The notes: generated by a model from the letters alone, not told the origin. A stretch of DNA of 64,000 bases from Octopus sinensis (GCF_006345805.1 NC_042999.1:13826001-13890000), one strand, 5' to 3'; counted from the first letter of the stretch, positions 1 through 13,637 are shown. Numbers and translations are program-made.

Positions 1-366
1 ATGCATTATACAGTTTATATCCCATATAATTATACTTATTATATTCAGGTACCGAATGACTAACACCTATATTTCCACAGCATCCACTGCTCTCTGACAT
101 ATTGCCTCCAGGAAAGAAAGACATAATTGGGAGCTTTAATGTTATTTTCCGAGCACACATCATTTCTTCACACCTTTTCAATTACAATAACGATATCATG
201 TGCACACACACACACCCATGTATATATTTATTTATATATTCATTTACTACATATATATATATTTATTTATGTGTAAATTTACTCTACATGAATCTATAAA
301 TATACATTTACATATGTATTTACTTTATACTAACTTCTAAATGCATATTTGTTTACGTATATTTAC

Positions 367-398
<32 letters not shown>

Positions 399-745
399 TG
401 TATGCATGTATGCATGTATGTATCTATGCATGCATGTATCTATGTATGTATGCATGCATGCATGCATGCATGATGTATGTATGTATGTATGTATGTATGT
501 ATGTATGTATGTATGTATGTGGGTGTATTTGTGTATTTACTATTTATGTGTAAGTGTATTTAATGTGTGCATGTGTGTACACTTACTATGTGTGGTGTGT
601 GTGTGTGTGAGAGAGAGAGTGCATTTATTGTGTGTATGTGTAGATATCCTATAAACATAGATATATATATACATATAGTTATATGTACATTTACTGTGTG
701 TGTGTATATATATATATACATGTATATATAAATGTGTATATATAC

Positions 746-1985
746 ATCATCATCATCATCATCATCATCGTTTAACGTCCGCTTTCCGCGCTAGCACGGG
801 TTGGACGGTTTGACCGGGTCTGGGAAGCCAGGGGCCGCACCAGGCTCCAGTCTGAATCTGGCAGAGTTTCTACGGCTGGATGCCCTTCCTAACGCCAACC
901 ACTCCGTGAGTGGATTGGGTGCTTTTTACGTGCCACCTGCACAGGGGCCGGAGGGTCCGGCATCGTCACGATCGGTTCGAGCATTTTAACGTGTCAGCGG
1001 CACGGGGGCAACGAGGTCCGGGGTACTTTGGGGATCGGGGTACTTTGGGGATCCAGGGTACTTTGGGGATCCGGGGTACTTAGAATGGGTAGGGGGTATG
1101 TGGAATTGCTGCAGAAAGCAGCCCGGGTCTTTGTAGTCACAGCATTTATCGTCACTGAGTAACGTAATTAGGTAGAGGAAAGAAATACAGATATTCTAGA
1201 GTTGAGTTGGGGAGGGGGGGGTCCAGTTGAGGCGGGTAATATAGGGGAGCAACCAGTGGGGAAGGTTGGGGTAAGGAGGAACGATGGCAGGAAGGGGTTG
1301 GTGAAGGTTCCTAAGAAATAAAAACGTAGGATATTGAAATAAAAACGTAGGATATTACGAGGCGGGAGGGTACTAAAGGGGATGGTCGGAATGAGGCAGT
1401 GTCAGGAGGAAGCGTAAGATCGGTGGGCAGTTGATGAGCTATGGCGCTAGCAGCTTCTCTTTTCACAGTGAAAGCATATGAGGAGAAGGGGAGGGAGTAG
1501 GGCGTACCCGGTGTAGATGAGTAAGGCGTATCCGGTGTAGATGGTGAGAACAGGGTATACTGGTATTGGTGGTGGGGGGTGAGAACAGTGTTCACCGGTA
1601 TTGGTGGTGGTGGTGGTGAGAACAGAGTTCACCGGTATTGGTGGTGGTGGTGGTGAGAACAGAGTTCACCGGTATTGGTGGTGGGGGGCGGGTGCACTGC
1701 CAATGGCGGAAAGATGGGAAGAGATGGGATTACGGCTTGAGGTAGCCTAAGGTTAAATTTTGTAGAGAGAGAGATAGGAAAGATAAATCAAGTTATGGCG
1801 AAGGCTTGAAAGTAGCCTAAAAGGTTAAATTTTCGTAACAATGTATGAATAAACGTAGTAACAACGAATAAAAATAGTAAGATAAATTTTTAAGAACTTG
1901 CTGCGGGCATCGATCGAGAGTTGAAATTGAAGAAGAAAGTAAGTTGAATTGGGAATTTAAATTGCAGAATCGTAATGGTAATGGC
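746..1985 (-). mobile_element. Unclassified ~1.2-kb element ending in an RTE-type 3' end and (GAT)n tail
   Basis: The RTE 3' end is at 746-1000. The upstream body is homologous to 55550-55810 and carries internal tandem repeats (~20 bp at 1017-1080, ~30 bp at 1555-1690). Confidence 0.6.
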
Positions 1986-2713
1986 GATTTATATATATTT
2001 ATTTATGTGTTTATTTACTCTACGTCAATCTATAAATATATATTTACATATGTATTTACTTTATATTAACTTATAGATGCAAATTTGTTTACGTCATCAT
2101 CATCATGCTAGCATGATGTATGTATGCATGTATGGATGTATATATGTGGGTTACTATTTATGTGTAAGTGTATTTAATATGTGTGTGTATATATACATAT
2201 ATATATATATAAATGTGCATGCAAGTAATTTTACAAACAAAAGAATATCTCAAGAGTACAGCAAGAATGTGGATGAAGACTGTCAACAAAAGAGACCGAT
2301 AGAGTAAGTACTAGGCTTACAAAGAATAAGTCCCGGGATCGATTTCTTCAACTAAAACCCTTGAAGGTGGTGCTCCAGCATGGCCACAGCCAAATGACTG
2401 AAATAAGTAAAAGAATAAAAGAATATATATATATATCTGCATGTGTTGGTCTATGTTTATGCAACACCCTGTATTATGTCTGTCTCCCACCACCAACTGA
2501 CAACCATTGGTGGTGTGTTTATGTCTCTGTAACTTAGTAACTTAGTGGTTCGGCAAAAGAGACCAATAGAATAAGTACTAGGCTTCAAAAAAAAATAATA
2601 AGTCCTAGGATGGATTTGTTCAACTAAAACCCTTCAAGGTGGTGCCCCAGCATGGTCACAGTCAAATGAATGAAACAAGTAAAAAGATAAAGGATATATA
2701 TATTTCTTATATA

Positions 2714-2746
<33 letters not shown>

Positions 2747-3917
2747 AAAACACATACACACACACAAACTGATGTATAATCCTTTCTACTCTAGGCACAA
2801 GGCCTGAAATTTGGGGGAAGGGGATAGTCAAGTACATCGACCCCAGTACTTAACTGGTACTTAATTTATTGATCCCGAAAGGATGAAAGGCAAAGTCGAC
2901 CTCGTAGGAATTTGAACTCAGAACATAGCAGCAGACAAACTACCTATTTCTTTACTACCCACAAGGGGCTAAACATAGAGAGGACAAACAAGGACAGACA
3001 AACGGATTAAGTCGATTATATCGACCCCAGTGTATAACTAGTATTTATTTAATCAACCCCGAAAGGATGAAAGGCAAAGTCGACCTCAGCGGAATTTGAA
3101 CTCAGAACATAGCAGCAAACAATATACCACAAAGCATTCTGCCCAGCATGCTAACGACTCAGCCAGCTCACTGCTTTACTGATGCTGTATAATAAAACAT
3201 ATAAATGCTAAGATGTTCCTAACAAGTCTGTTAGAAATAAAAGAATGAAATTCCAAGCATCTCATAAGAATATTTTTTTCGAATATTGATAGAAAAATAG
3301 AGAATATACAATTTGTAAAATATGATGTGATTACGCGTGCATTCCTCAGCTCTGCTAATGAGATAATGATGTGTCTAATGTAGGAATGCATAATACGTAG
3401 TTATTTTGGGGAACTAATGAAGCTTGTATGCAACGCTTGCAATAACACACAATAACATGAATGTATATGTGTGTATATATATATTACGGAGATGTACTTG
3501 CATAGCAAGTGACCTGATCTGAGATCGTGTGCTGGAACGAAAACAATTGCAGTGTGGAAGGTGTTTATAAGCCATTTAAGAAACACACAAAAACCGTTAG
3601 ATTCAATTCAACATTTAAATTTAATTTTTCAAAATATTTTCGTCGCTTTGGGACCGCAACCTGACAAAAACTCCAGGATGCAGCACGGAGTTTTGTCAGT
3701 GAACAGGTCGCAGTCTCAAAGCAACGAAAATAAAAGACTAAAAGAATATATGCACATATATGCATATACATACATACAGTTATGTGTAGACACACATATA
3801 CAGACATACATCTATACACACACAACATACATTTAAGGACATAAACTGCTCATTTGATATTCAGCTGTCTAAGTATACGGAGGAAACATAATTAGGACAG
3901 AGCATGCATGTCTACTA

Positions 3918-5200
3918 TTAGGTTGTTTCATATGAAATGTCACATTTTTAATTACTTGTTATTTAAGTCATTTAAAAACTCAATTATGTATACATTGCAT
4001 TTAATCTTAACTCTTTTTCTTTCCCAACAATATTGGCATACAAAATTTGCACCCACATTCTTATGAAAATGATTAACAAAATTATGTGAGTGATTTTCTC
4101 GTCTGAGTACAAACTGGGTCACTCTGCCACAGAAGCTCTACAGAGTATCAAACAGACCTTTGGTAATGGTTTTGTTGACATCAGAACTTTTCAGAGATGG
4201 TTCCAAAGCTCTCGTTTAGGAGATGATAACCTTGAAAATAAACCAAGGGGTAGGCCAAAATCAGTTATTCGGCATGATGGATTAAATGCTTTGGTTGATC
4301 AAATCAGAGAACAAAGGTTCGGAAACTTTCATCAGAACTCCAAACATCTTGCACAACTGTTTTTGGACAGCTGTAAAAAATTGGAAAAGTCAAGAAAATA
4401 GATAGGTTTGTTCCACATCAATTGAATGAGATTCAAAAAAACAGACGCTTTGAAGTGTTCTCCTTATTGCTTTCTCAACTAGAAAAAGACCATTTTTGCA
4501 TGAAATCATTACTAGTGATGAGAAATGAATACTCTTTGACAACAGCAGGAGAATAGGACAACAGCAGGAGAATAAGACAATAGCAGGAGAATAAGACAAT
4601 AGCAGGAGAATAGGGCAACAGCAGGAGAGTCACCTAAACACTACCCAAACCCACCATTGCACCCTGAAATGTTAGTGGTCACTGTATGGTAGTCTGCAAT
4701 GGAGTTATTCATTATTCATTTTTGCAACAAGGAAAAACAGTAACAGCAACATTGTATTGCCAGGAAATTGATTGTATGCATGAGAATTTGAAAAAGAAGC
4801 AACCCAGACTAGTGAATAGAGATGGCCCAATTTTGCTCCAAGACAATACACGTCCTCACATTCCTCAAGCTACGGTCCAAAAGTTGCAAGATTTTGCAAC
4901 ATCCTCCCTAATCCCCTGTTATCTCTCCTACTGATCATCACTTATTTAAGCATTTTGAGCTTTACATAAGCAATAAAACATTCTTAAATAGAGAAGAGGT
5001 AATTGAAGCATTCAGGCAGTTTATCACAGCAAAAGGTGAATTTTTTTTTTTAAAGATGGAATATATGACACAGAGAAAAGTTGGGTAAACGTCATAAATG
5101 AACGTGGATCATACTTTGATTAAATAAATCAGTTCTCTAACACTTCTGAAACATTTTATTGCTACCTTTCAAACATGACATTTCACGTGAAACAACCTAA
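3918..5200 (+). mobile_element. Full-length (1283 bp) decayed mariner DNA transposon
   Basis: 25-bp TIRs TTAGGTTGTTTCA(TA/CG)TGAAATGTCA at 3918-3942 and 5176-5200, with TA duplication on both sides. Fragmented transposase carries mariner motifs (FQRWFQ, GRP, TSDEK, YC-EID, LLQDNTRPH). Confidence 0.95.
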
Positions 5201-5328
5201 TATTATTCAAATTCCAGCCAGGTCGACTTCGCCTTTCATCCCTTCAGGGTCGGGAAAATAAGTACCATTGGAGCACTAGGGTCGATAGTCCCCTCCCCAC
5301 AAATTTCAGGCTTTGTGCCTATAGTAGA

Positions 5329-5363
<35 letters not shown>

Positions 5364-5628
5364 TATTATTATCATCATCATGCATTCATTGCAAACAGAT
5401 GCAGCTTCTTTTAGTTTTAAAGCTTTCTCTCTCTCTTTCCATTTTTGAAGTCCTCTCCTTCAAATACTAAAATTTTGAAATGGACAGGAGTGGCCATCAT
5501 TATTATCATACCAGTTGAGTAATTGGGTCGATAAATTGGCTGTCCACTTCCCCACCAAATTTCAGGCATTATGATTATAGTAGAAAGGATTATTATCATC
5601 ATCATTATTATATAATTATTATTATTAC

Positions 5629-5670
<42 letters not shown>

Positions 5671-8576
5671 GTTCTGCAGTGTCACACATAGCAAATCATG
5701 CCACAGGAAGGTTGATAAATTAGGTCAGGATCTTAGCTCATATTCTAATAAGTGTTCACCCATGACAAAGCACAAATGAAGCATTTCTATAACAAACTGA
5801 TTTCCAACTAATGAAAAACATTGATATTGTTATATTTTGAGGTGCTCATTTTTTTCTTTCTTGCCAAATAAAGACACGCACTATATATTCGTTCATCACT
5901 CATTTATTATTGTTCATATTTTATCTTAAGTCCATTGTGTGGAAATCTTTTTGTCTCTCTTATAAAGACACAGAATGGACTAAACAGAACAGGGGGAACC
6001 AAGTGGATGGAAGAGTTTCTGAAGAGGTCACAGACGTGTGACAAAAGATTTCCAGTCAATGGACCCGAGATGAAATAAGAACAATAATTAATGAGTGAAG
6101 ACCAAATATATAGTGTGTGAGTGTGTTTATTTGGCAAGAAAAAAAATGACCATCCCAAATTCTTTTTTTTTTTCACATTTTTCAAGCCTATCCAGGCTCA
6201 TGAGCCCAGTTTCTGAGGCATATGTTTTTCCCCCAGTTGGACGGGATGCCAGTCCATTGCAGCATTACACGAGAAACAGGAAGAGAGAGTGAGAGAGAGT
6301 TGTGGCGAAAGAGTACAACAGGGGTTGCCACCACCCCCTGCCGGAGCCTCATGGATCTTTTAGGTGTTTTTGCTCAATAAACACACACAACGCCCGGTCT
6401 GGAAATCGAAACCACGATACTCCGACCACGAGTCCGCTGCCCTAACCACTGGGCCATTGCGCCTCCACATCCCAAAATATAATAATGCTTATTTCAACAG
6501 ATGCAGTTATTTGGGGGAACTAATGAAGCTTATATGCAACACTTGCAATAACACACTATAATATGAATATACATATATATATCTTGTTTCGGTTATATGA
6601 CTGTGGCCATGCTGGAGCATGGCTTTGAAGAAGATTTAGTTGATTGAATCAACTCCAAAATTGAATTGCTAGACAGTGAGTTTGATTCTCAGACTGAGCA
6701 GTGCCTTGTGTTCTTGAGCAAAACACTTCATTCCACACTGCTCCAGTTCACCAGCTGTAAATGGGTAACCCTGTGAAGGACAAGCCTTCTGATCAGGGGT
6801 GATACTGGCCTGCTCACCTGGACAGTGAAGTGGCATCATTCAAAAGGTAAAACAATAGAAAGTGTATTGTGACCAGTGATGTATAACAATATCCAACAGT
6901 CTGGTGAATACCAAGATACCATGATCTATATATATAAAGCTGAAGTTGTCTGTGTGTGTGTGTGGCAGGTTTGGTAGCCTTCAACAAACACTATTTCCTC
7001 TGAGACCCTGCGGCGCAAGATGACCAAAATTGAGAATATGTAGAAGAAGGCTTGCTCTTCATTCCCTAGAAGATAAAATTCAAATCAGACCATGTTAACA
7101 CCAACAATTATTTACATCAAACAGGTGCTTTTTCTCTATGAAAATCCCTATTTTTTACAATTTGTTTACTGCTGCGTCGCCATTTTTCGGTGTATTTCAA
7201 CCAGAAAAATGTTCACTTAAAGAGAATAACAAGCTACATAATGCAAAATTTTTACTTTTCAAAAATTCCAATTCCAAAGGGTCGAAACAAACCCGAGCAA
7301 CGCCGGGCGATACTGCTCGTATATATAAATGTTAAAATTATTTTATCTACCATCCACATTCATTGCTGACTATAATAGATTCAGGCGTAGAATTTCATGA
7401 ACACTTCAGTCACGACAGAATCTATAAAACAAATTCAGATAAATAAAATAAAAAGAAACAAATAAATGTTTTCAAATCTTCATTTTCCTCTCATATTGTT
7501 TTATTTTAATTTCTGCATGATTAACAATAAGAAAACATGCAAAGTCTTTTTTCGCAGCCAAATCAATATTATATTTTCATTTCATTCATGCAGTCTATTT
7601 TTGACTTAATTACTTGAAATAAGTATGTGGAATTTCATGGACTGCATCAGTGTATTTTACTGTCAGAGAGACAATGCAATAAATGTTGATTGATATAGCA
7701 TTGGGAATCCAGTTGTGGTTAGACTTGTCAGCAGCTATGAAATACAAAGACAAATAATATACAGAAATATCATCCACTTTTTAGCGCCAGATGTAGCTCT
7801 AGGCATCTACAATTTCATTAAACCTCTTCAAAGTTATAGAGATGAAAATCTTTTTATGGCTCTTCGCAAATGCAACAGATTTTACAGTTATGTATTACAG
7901 ACAGTAATACATAACTGTATTCGTATGACTGTCCTAGCAGGTCAAATAGATATTTTATTTATTTTATTTATTTCACTCACTAGATTGTGGCCATTTTTTT
8001 AGCCAAATGAGTCAACCCCTGTACAATTTTTTTTTCTGCTTTTGTAAAAAATTTGGTATTATAGACAGTTATACATTTGTATGACTGTCCTAGCAGGTCA
8101 AATAGATATTTTATTTATTTTATTTATTTATTTCACTCACTAGATTGTGGCCATGCTGGAGGAATTGCCTTGAAGAATTTTTAGCCAAATTAGTCAACCC
8201 CTGTATAATTTTTTTTTCTGCTTTTGTAAAAAGCCTGGTACTGAGGAATTTCAACCATGTTTCGTGGTCTGCTACCACAACAGCTCCTTTATAGGATCCA
8301 GTTAGCTCAAGGCATCATCAAGAGGAACCACGTCCAGTTTCGGCCCCTACTCCACTACCGTTTTGACGTGGCGGGCCCCCACCTCCTTTTGTAAAAAGCT
8401 TGGTACTTATTCTATCAGTCTTTTGCTAAACTGCTAAGATACAGGGACGTAAACACACTAACACCAATTACAAGCAGGGGGGGGGGGACAAACACAAATA
8501 CAAAGACACACACATATATATATATATATTTACTTCTTTACAAAAATGCTGTTGACAGTCAACAATATTTTCATTT

Positions 8577-8882
8577 GTGGAGGCACATGGCCTAGTGGTT
8601 AGAGCAGCAGACTCGCGGTCGAGGGATTGTAGGTTCAAATCTCAGACCGGGAGATGTGTATGCTCATGAGTGAAACACCTAAGCTCCGTGCGGCTCCGGC
8701 AGAAGGTAATGACGAGCTTCTGATGACTCTTTCGCCACAACTTTCTCTCACTCTTTCCTCCTGCATCTTGTAGCTCACCTGCGACAGACCGGCATCCCGT
8801 CCAGGTGGGGAACCTATACGCCAAGAAACCAGAAAATCGGCCCTTATGAGCCAGGCATGACTCGAGAAGAAACAAACAAACA
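8577..8882 (+). mobile_element. tRNA-derived SINE family C
   Basis: Head gtggaggcacatggcctagtggttagagcagcagactcgcgg and an (AAAC)n tail. Relatives lie at 6240-6470 (-) and 61457-61760 (+). Confidence 0.75.
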
Positions 8883-9940
8883 ATTCTTATTTAAGACTAC
8901 TAGGCTTGTACTCTACAAAATTATAGAGTTAACCATCAGATTAATGTAAAATTGTTTCTATTATAATTGAACATAAAAACAGAACATTAACACTGTGGAG
9001 TGATTGGTGTTAGGAAAGGCATCCAGCTGTAAAAACCCTGCCAAAACAGACCATAGCTTGCGGGGTGGTCTTCTAACTGGCCGGCTCCTGTCAACCATGC
9101 TACCCATGCATGAGTGCATGGAAGACGGATGTTAAACGATGACGATAATGATGTGTGTGTGTGTGTGTAAAGCATTTTCACCAGACACACATGCAATAAA
9201 CATGTATACACAGACATGCAGGAAGTAAATACTCTTACTCTTTTACTTGTTTCACTCATTTGACTGCGGCCATGCTGGAGCACCGCCTTTAGTCGAGCAA
9301 ATCAACCCCAGGACTTATTCTTTGTAAGCCCAGTACTTATTCTATCGGTCTCTTTTGCCGAACCGCTAAATGACGGGGACGTAAACACACCAGCATCGGT
9401 TCTCAAGCAATGCTAGGGGGACAAACACAGACACACAAACACATATACACACACATATATATATATATACACATATACAACAGGCTTCTTTCAGTTTCCG
9501 TCTACCAAATCCACTCACAAGGCATTGGTCGGCCCGGGGCTATAGCAGAAGACACTTGCCCAAGATGCCACGCAGTGGGACTGAACCCGGAACCATGTGG
9601 TTGGTTAGCAAGCTACTTACCACACAGCCACTCCTGCGCCTATAGACACCTTTAATTTACAAAATTTCTGATCTAAGCGTGTTAATGTGTTTTCAGCAGT
9701 GTAGAGTTTACAACGTAATTATTCTTTTTCATTCCAGGTGCCATTATATCAAACATTTGTGAAGGTGTCTATTTACTTCCTGCATCTCTCTCTCTCTCTT
9801 TGTGTGTGTGTGTGAATTCATAAACAAATAACCATAATTATATATTATTATTATAATGATATATTCACTACAAGTAGAACAACATAATCTAAACAAAATG
9901 AATGAAAACTGATGAGCTGAACACGTTTTATATATATATA

Positions 9941-10400
9941 TCATCATCATCATCATCATCGTTTAACGTCCGCTTTCCATGCTAGCATGGGTTGGACGGT
10001 TCAACTGGGGTCTGGCAAGCCCGAAGGCTGCACCAGGCCAGTCAGATCTGGCAGTGTTTCTACAGCTGGATGCCCTTCCTAACGCCAACCACTCCGAGAG
10101 TGTAGTGGGTGATTTTATGTGCCACCGACACAGGTGCCAGACGAGGCTGGCAGACGGCCACGCTCGGATGGTGTTTTTTATGTGCCAGACGAGGCTGGCA
10201 GACGGCCACGCTCGGATGGTGTTTTTTTTATGTGCCACCGACACAGGTGCCAGACGAGGCTGGCAGACGGCCACGCTCGAATGGTGTTTTTTATGTGCCA
10301 CCGACACAGGTGCCAGACGAGGCTGGCAGACGGCCACGCTCGGATGGTGTTTTTTATGTGCCACCGACACAGGTGCCAGACAAGGCTGGCAGACGGCCAG
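9941..10400 (-). mobile_element. RTE 3' fragment with an expanded ~52-bp hairpin unit (about 5 copies)
   Basis: Begins catcatcatc-gtttaacgtccgc and repeats gtgccaccgacacaggtgccagacgaggctggcagacggccacgctcggatgg. Both sides are flanked by (TA)n. Confidence 0.85.
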
Positions 10401-11167
10401 TATATATATATACTAGCAGTATCACCCAGCATTGCTCAGGTTTGTTTCGACCCTTTAGAATTGGGATTTTTGAAAAATAAAAATTTTTCGGGTTGAAATA
10501 CACCAAAAAATGGTGACACAACAGTCAAGAAATCGTAAAAAATAGGGATTTTCATTAAAAAAAAAAGCACCTTTTTTATGTAAATAATTTTTAGTATTAA
10601 CATGGTCCGATTTGAATTTTTTCTTCTACAGAAGGAAGAGCAAGCCTTCTTCTATCATACTCTCAATTTTGGTCAACTTGCGCTGCAGGGTCTCGGAGGA
10701 GATAGTGTTAGTTGAAAGCTACCAAACCTGCCATACACAGACAACTTCAGCTTTATATAGAGAGAGATATATACACACATACACAAATACACACAATGGG
10801 CTTCTTTCAGTTTCCGTCTACCAAATTCACACAGAAGGCTTTGATCGACCTGAGGCTATGGTAGAATATACTTGCCCAAGGTGCCACGCAGTCAGACTGA
10901 ACCTGGAGACGCGTTGTTGAGAAGCAAGCTTCTAACCACACAACCACTTTAAAACGACAAAAAAAAAAAAGCAATCATCAGTTCATCCAACTTTACAATA
11001 AAAAAAAACCACAGTGGCTGTGTGAAAAGTAGCTTGCTTACCAACCACATGTTTCCAGGTTCAGTCCCACTGTGTGGCATCTTGGGCAAGTGTCTTCTGC
11101 TATAGCCCCGGGCCGACCAATGCCTTGTGAGTGGATTTGGTAGACGGAAACTGAAAGAAGCCTGTCG

Positions 11168-11207
<40 letters not shown>

Positions 11208-11854
11208 CTTGTGTGTGTGTGCTTGTGTGTCTGTATTTGTCCCCCTAGCATTGCTTGACAACCGATGCTGGTGTGTTTACGTCCCCGTCATTTAGCGGTT
11301 CAGCAAAAGAGACCGATAGAATAAGTACTGGCCTTACAAACAATAACTCCTGGGGTCGATTTGCTCGACTAAAGGCGGTGCTCCAGCATGGCCGCAGTCA
11401 AATGACTGAAACAAGTAAAAGAGTAAAGAGAGTTCACAAAATATGGCAGCCATCATACCTTCACCAGTGATGCCATAACTACTAATATACATGTATATTA
11501 TTGGTTACGAGGTTAACAATAAAAAGCATAGTGGTGGATTCACAGTACTATTTATCTCAGCAACAATTATGTTTACTGTGTTTGATGGCATAAAAGACAA
11601 GTGGGTATGTATCAGCTGCAACCCAATTTCAGAACCACACATTCAATGAATAAATCTTTAGAGCATTAAAGCAAGCATGTAACAGTTAATGCCACCAAGC
11701 AATATATTACAAGCCATTACAAAAGTACCTAAGTGATAGTAGAAACACATTACAGTATAATAATAATAATGTTTAAGTACATTTTATTATCATGGAGTAT
11801 ACCGACACAAATGTGCCTCCCCGCAAACTTTGTTTCCTCATAAGTTCCAGGAAA

Positions 11855-12220
11855 TCATCATCATCATCATCATCATCGTTTAAAATCCACTTTCCATGCT
11901 AGCATGGGTTGGACGATTTTGACTGAGGGCTGGCGAACCAGATGGCTGCTCCAGGCTCCAATCTTGATTTGGCAGAGTTTCTACAGCTGGTTATCTTTCC
12001 TAACGCCAACCACTGCGAGAGTGTAGTGGGTGCTTTTTACGTGCCACCAGCACAGGGGCCAGTCAGGCGGTACTGGCATCGACCTCGCTTGAATCCTTTT
12101 ACACATGCCACCAGCACAGGTGCCAGTAAAGCAACGTTGGTAACGATCACGCTCGAATGGTGCCTTTTACATGCCACTGGCACAGAAGCCAGTTGGCTGC
12201 TCTGGAAATGATCACGCTTG
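11855..12220 (-). mobile_element. RTE 3' fragment
   Basis: Same (GAT)n tail, CCATGCTAGCATGG hairpin and GTGCC..GGCAC units. Confidence 0.85.
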
Positions 12221-13340
12221 GATATTTAATAGTAACATTTTTTCTACAAATACGCTTCAGATTTTGCAGATTCTGATTATATCAGAATTTATTGTGAAAA
12301 GATTTTCCTGAGGGTCGAATGGGGAGTTTCAGAAAATTCACACAAGTCGACTTTGTTTCCTCATATATTTCAGAAAAATAATAATTTTTTAATAACATTT
12401 TCTACTCCACAGGTGTAGGAGTGGCTGTGTCGTAAGTAGCTTGCCTACCAAACCACATGGTTTTGGGTTCAGTCCCACTGCGTGGCACCTTGGGCAAGTG
12501 TCTTCTACTATAGCCTCAGGCTGACCAAAGCCTTGTGAGTGGATTTGGCAGACGGAAACTGAAAGAAGCCTGTCGTATATATGCATATATATATATGTTT
12601 ATGTGTGTGTGTATTTGTCCACCCCCACCCCCCAACATCGCTTGACAACCGATGCTGGTGTGTTTACGTCCCCATAACTTAGCGGTTCGGCAAAAGACAC
12701 CGATAGAATAAGTACTAGGCTTACAATACAAAGAATAAGCCCTGGGGCCGATTTGTTCGACTAAAGGCGATGCTCCAGCATGGCCACAGTCAAATGACTG
12801 AAACAAGTAAAAGAGATACCTTTCAGAGTGTGTAGATTACAATTACATCGGAATTTGACATTTCTACAAATACTTTTCAGATGGTGTAGATTACGATTAT
12901 ATCGGAATTTGACATGGAAAACATCCCCACCACCAAATTCGTAGGCTCGTACACATACATGCAGATGCACACCTCAAATGAAAATTGAAATTTCGAAAAA
13001 ATATTATCATGTATGAATTCACATATGAAAAACAAAAAAAAAAACGGTGAATTCACACATGATAATATTTTTTCGAAATTTCAATTTTCATTTGAGGTGT
13101 GCATCTGCATGTATGTGTACGAGCCTATGAATTTGGTGGGGGGTGGGGGTGTTTTCCATGTCAAATTCCGATGTAATCGTAAACTACACCATCTGAAAAG
13201 TATTTGTAGAAAATTTCATTTAAAAATTAACTATTTTTCTTAAAGAAATGAGGAAACAAAGTCGAGTCGTGTGAATTTTTTAAAATTCCTCTTCCCTGCT
13301 TCTCCGAAAACATTTTCACAACAAATTCCGATATAATTCT

Positions 13341-13637
13341 GGTACTACTAAAAAAAGAGTGGGCCCAGGTGCGCGCACTCGCGCAAGCTAGTCGTGACTA
13401 GTTGATCCTTACTTTGTTTTTGTTTTATTTACTTCGTTTAAAAAAATTATTTACTTTGTATTTTTGTGTTTTACTTAATTTGTTTTAAAAATATTATTTA
13501 CTTTGAGTAAAAATATTATTTTGTGTTTTATTTACTTTGCTAGGTAGTCATTGTAGGATCGACTAGTCACGACTAGCTAGCGCGGATGCGCGAGTACGCG
13601 AGTCGGTGCAATGGGACCGCTCTTCTTAAGTAGTACC
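13341..13637. mobile_element. MITE B (GGTAC...GTACC termini, long TIRs, 9-bp TSD; Merlin- or MULE-like)
   Basis: TSD tataattct at 13332-13340 and 13638-13646, with ~70-bp imperfect TIRs. A second copy is at 27274-27553 and an interrupted copy at 14360-14937. Confidence 0.85.

Noticed and set aside
60-299. Plus-strand branch point and acceptor (ctaac...ttccacag) followed by an open frame; similar micro-exon candidate at 9738-9765
   Set aside because: The translations are not recognisable and I see no matching gene context on the plus strand.
8243-8340. Minus-strand ttgatga...gaaacatggtt as a hammerhead
   Set aside because: Stems I and II do not pair convincingly.
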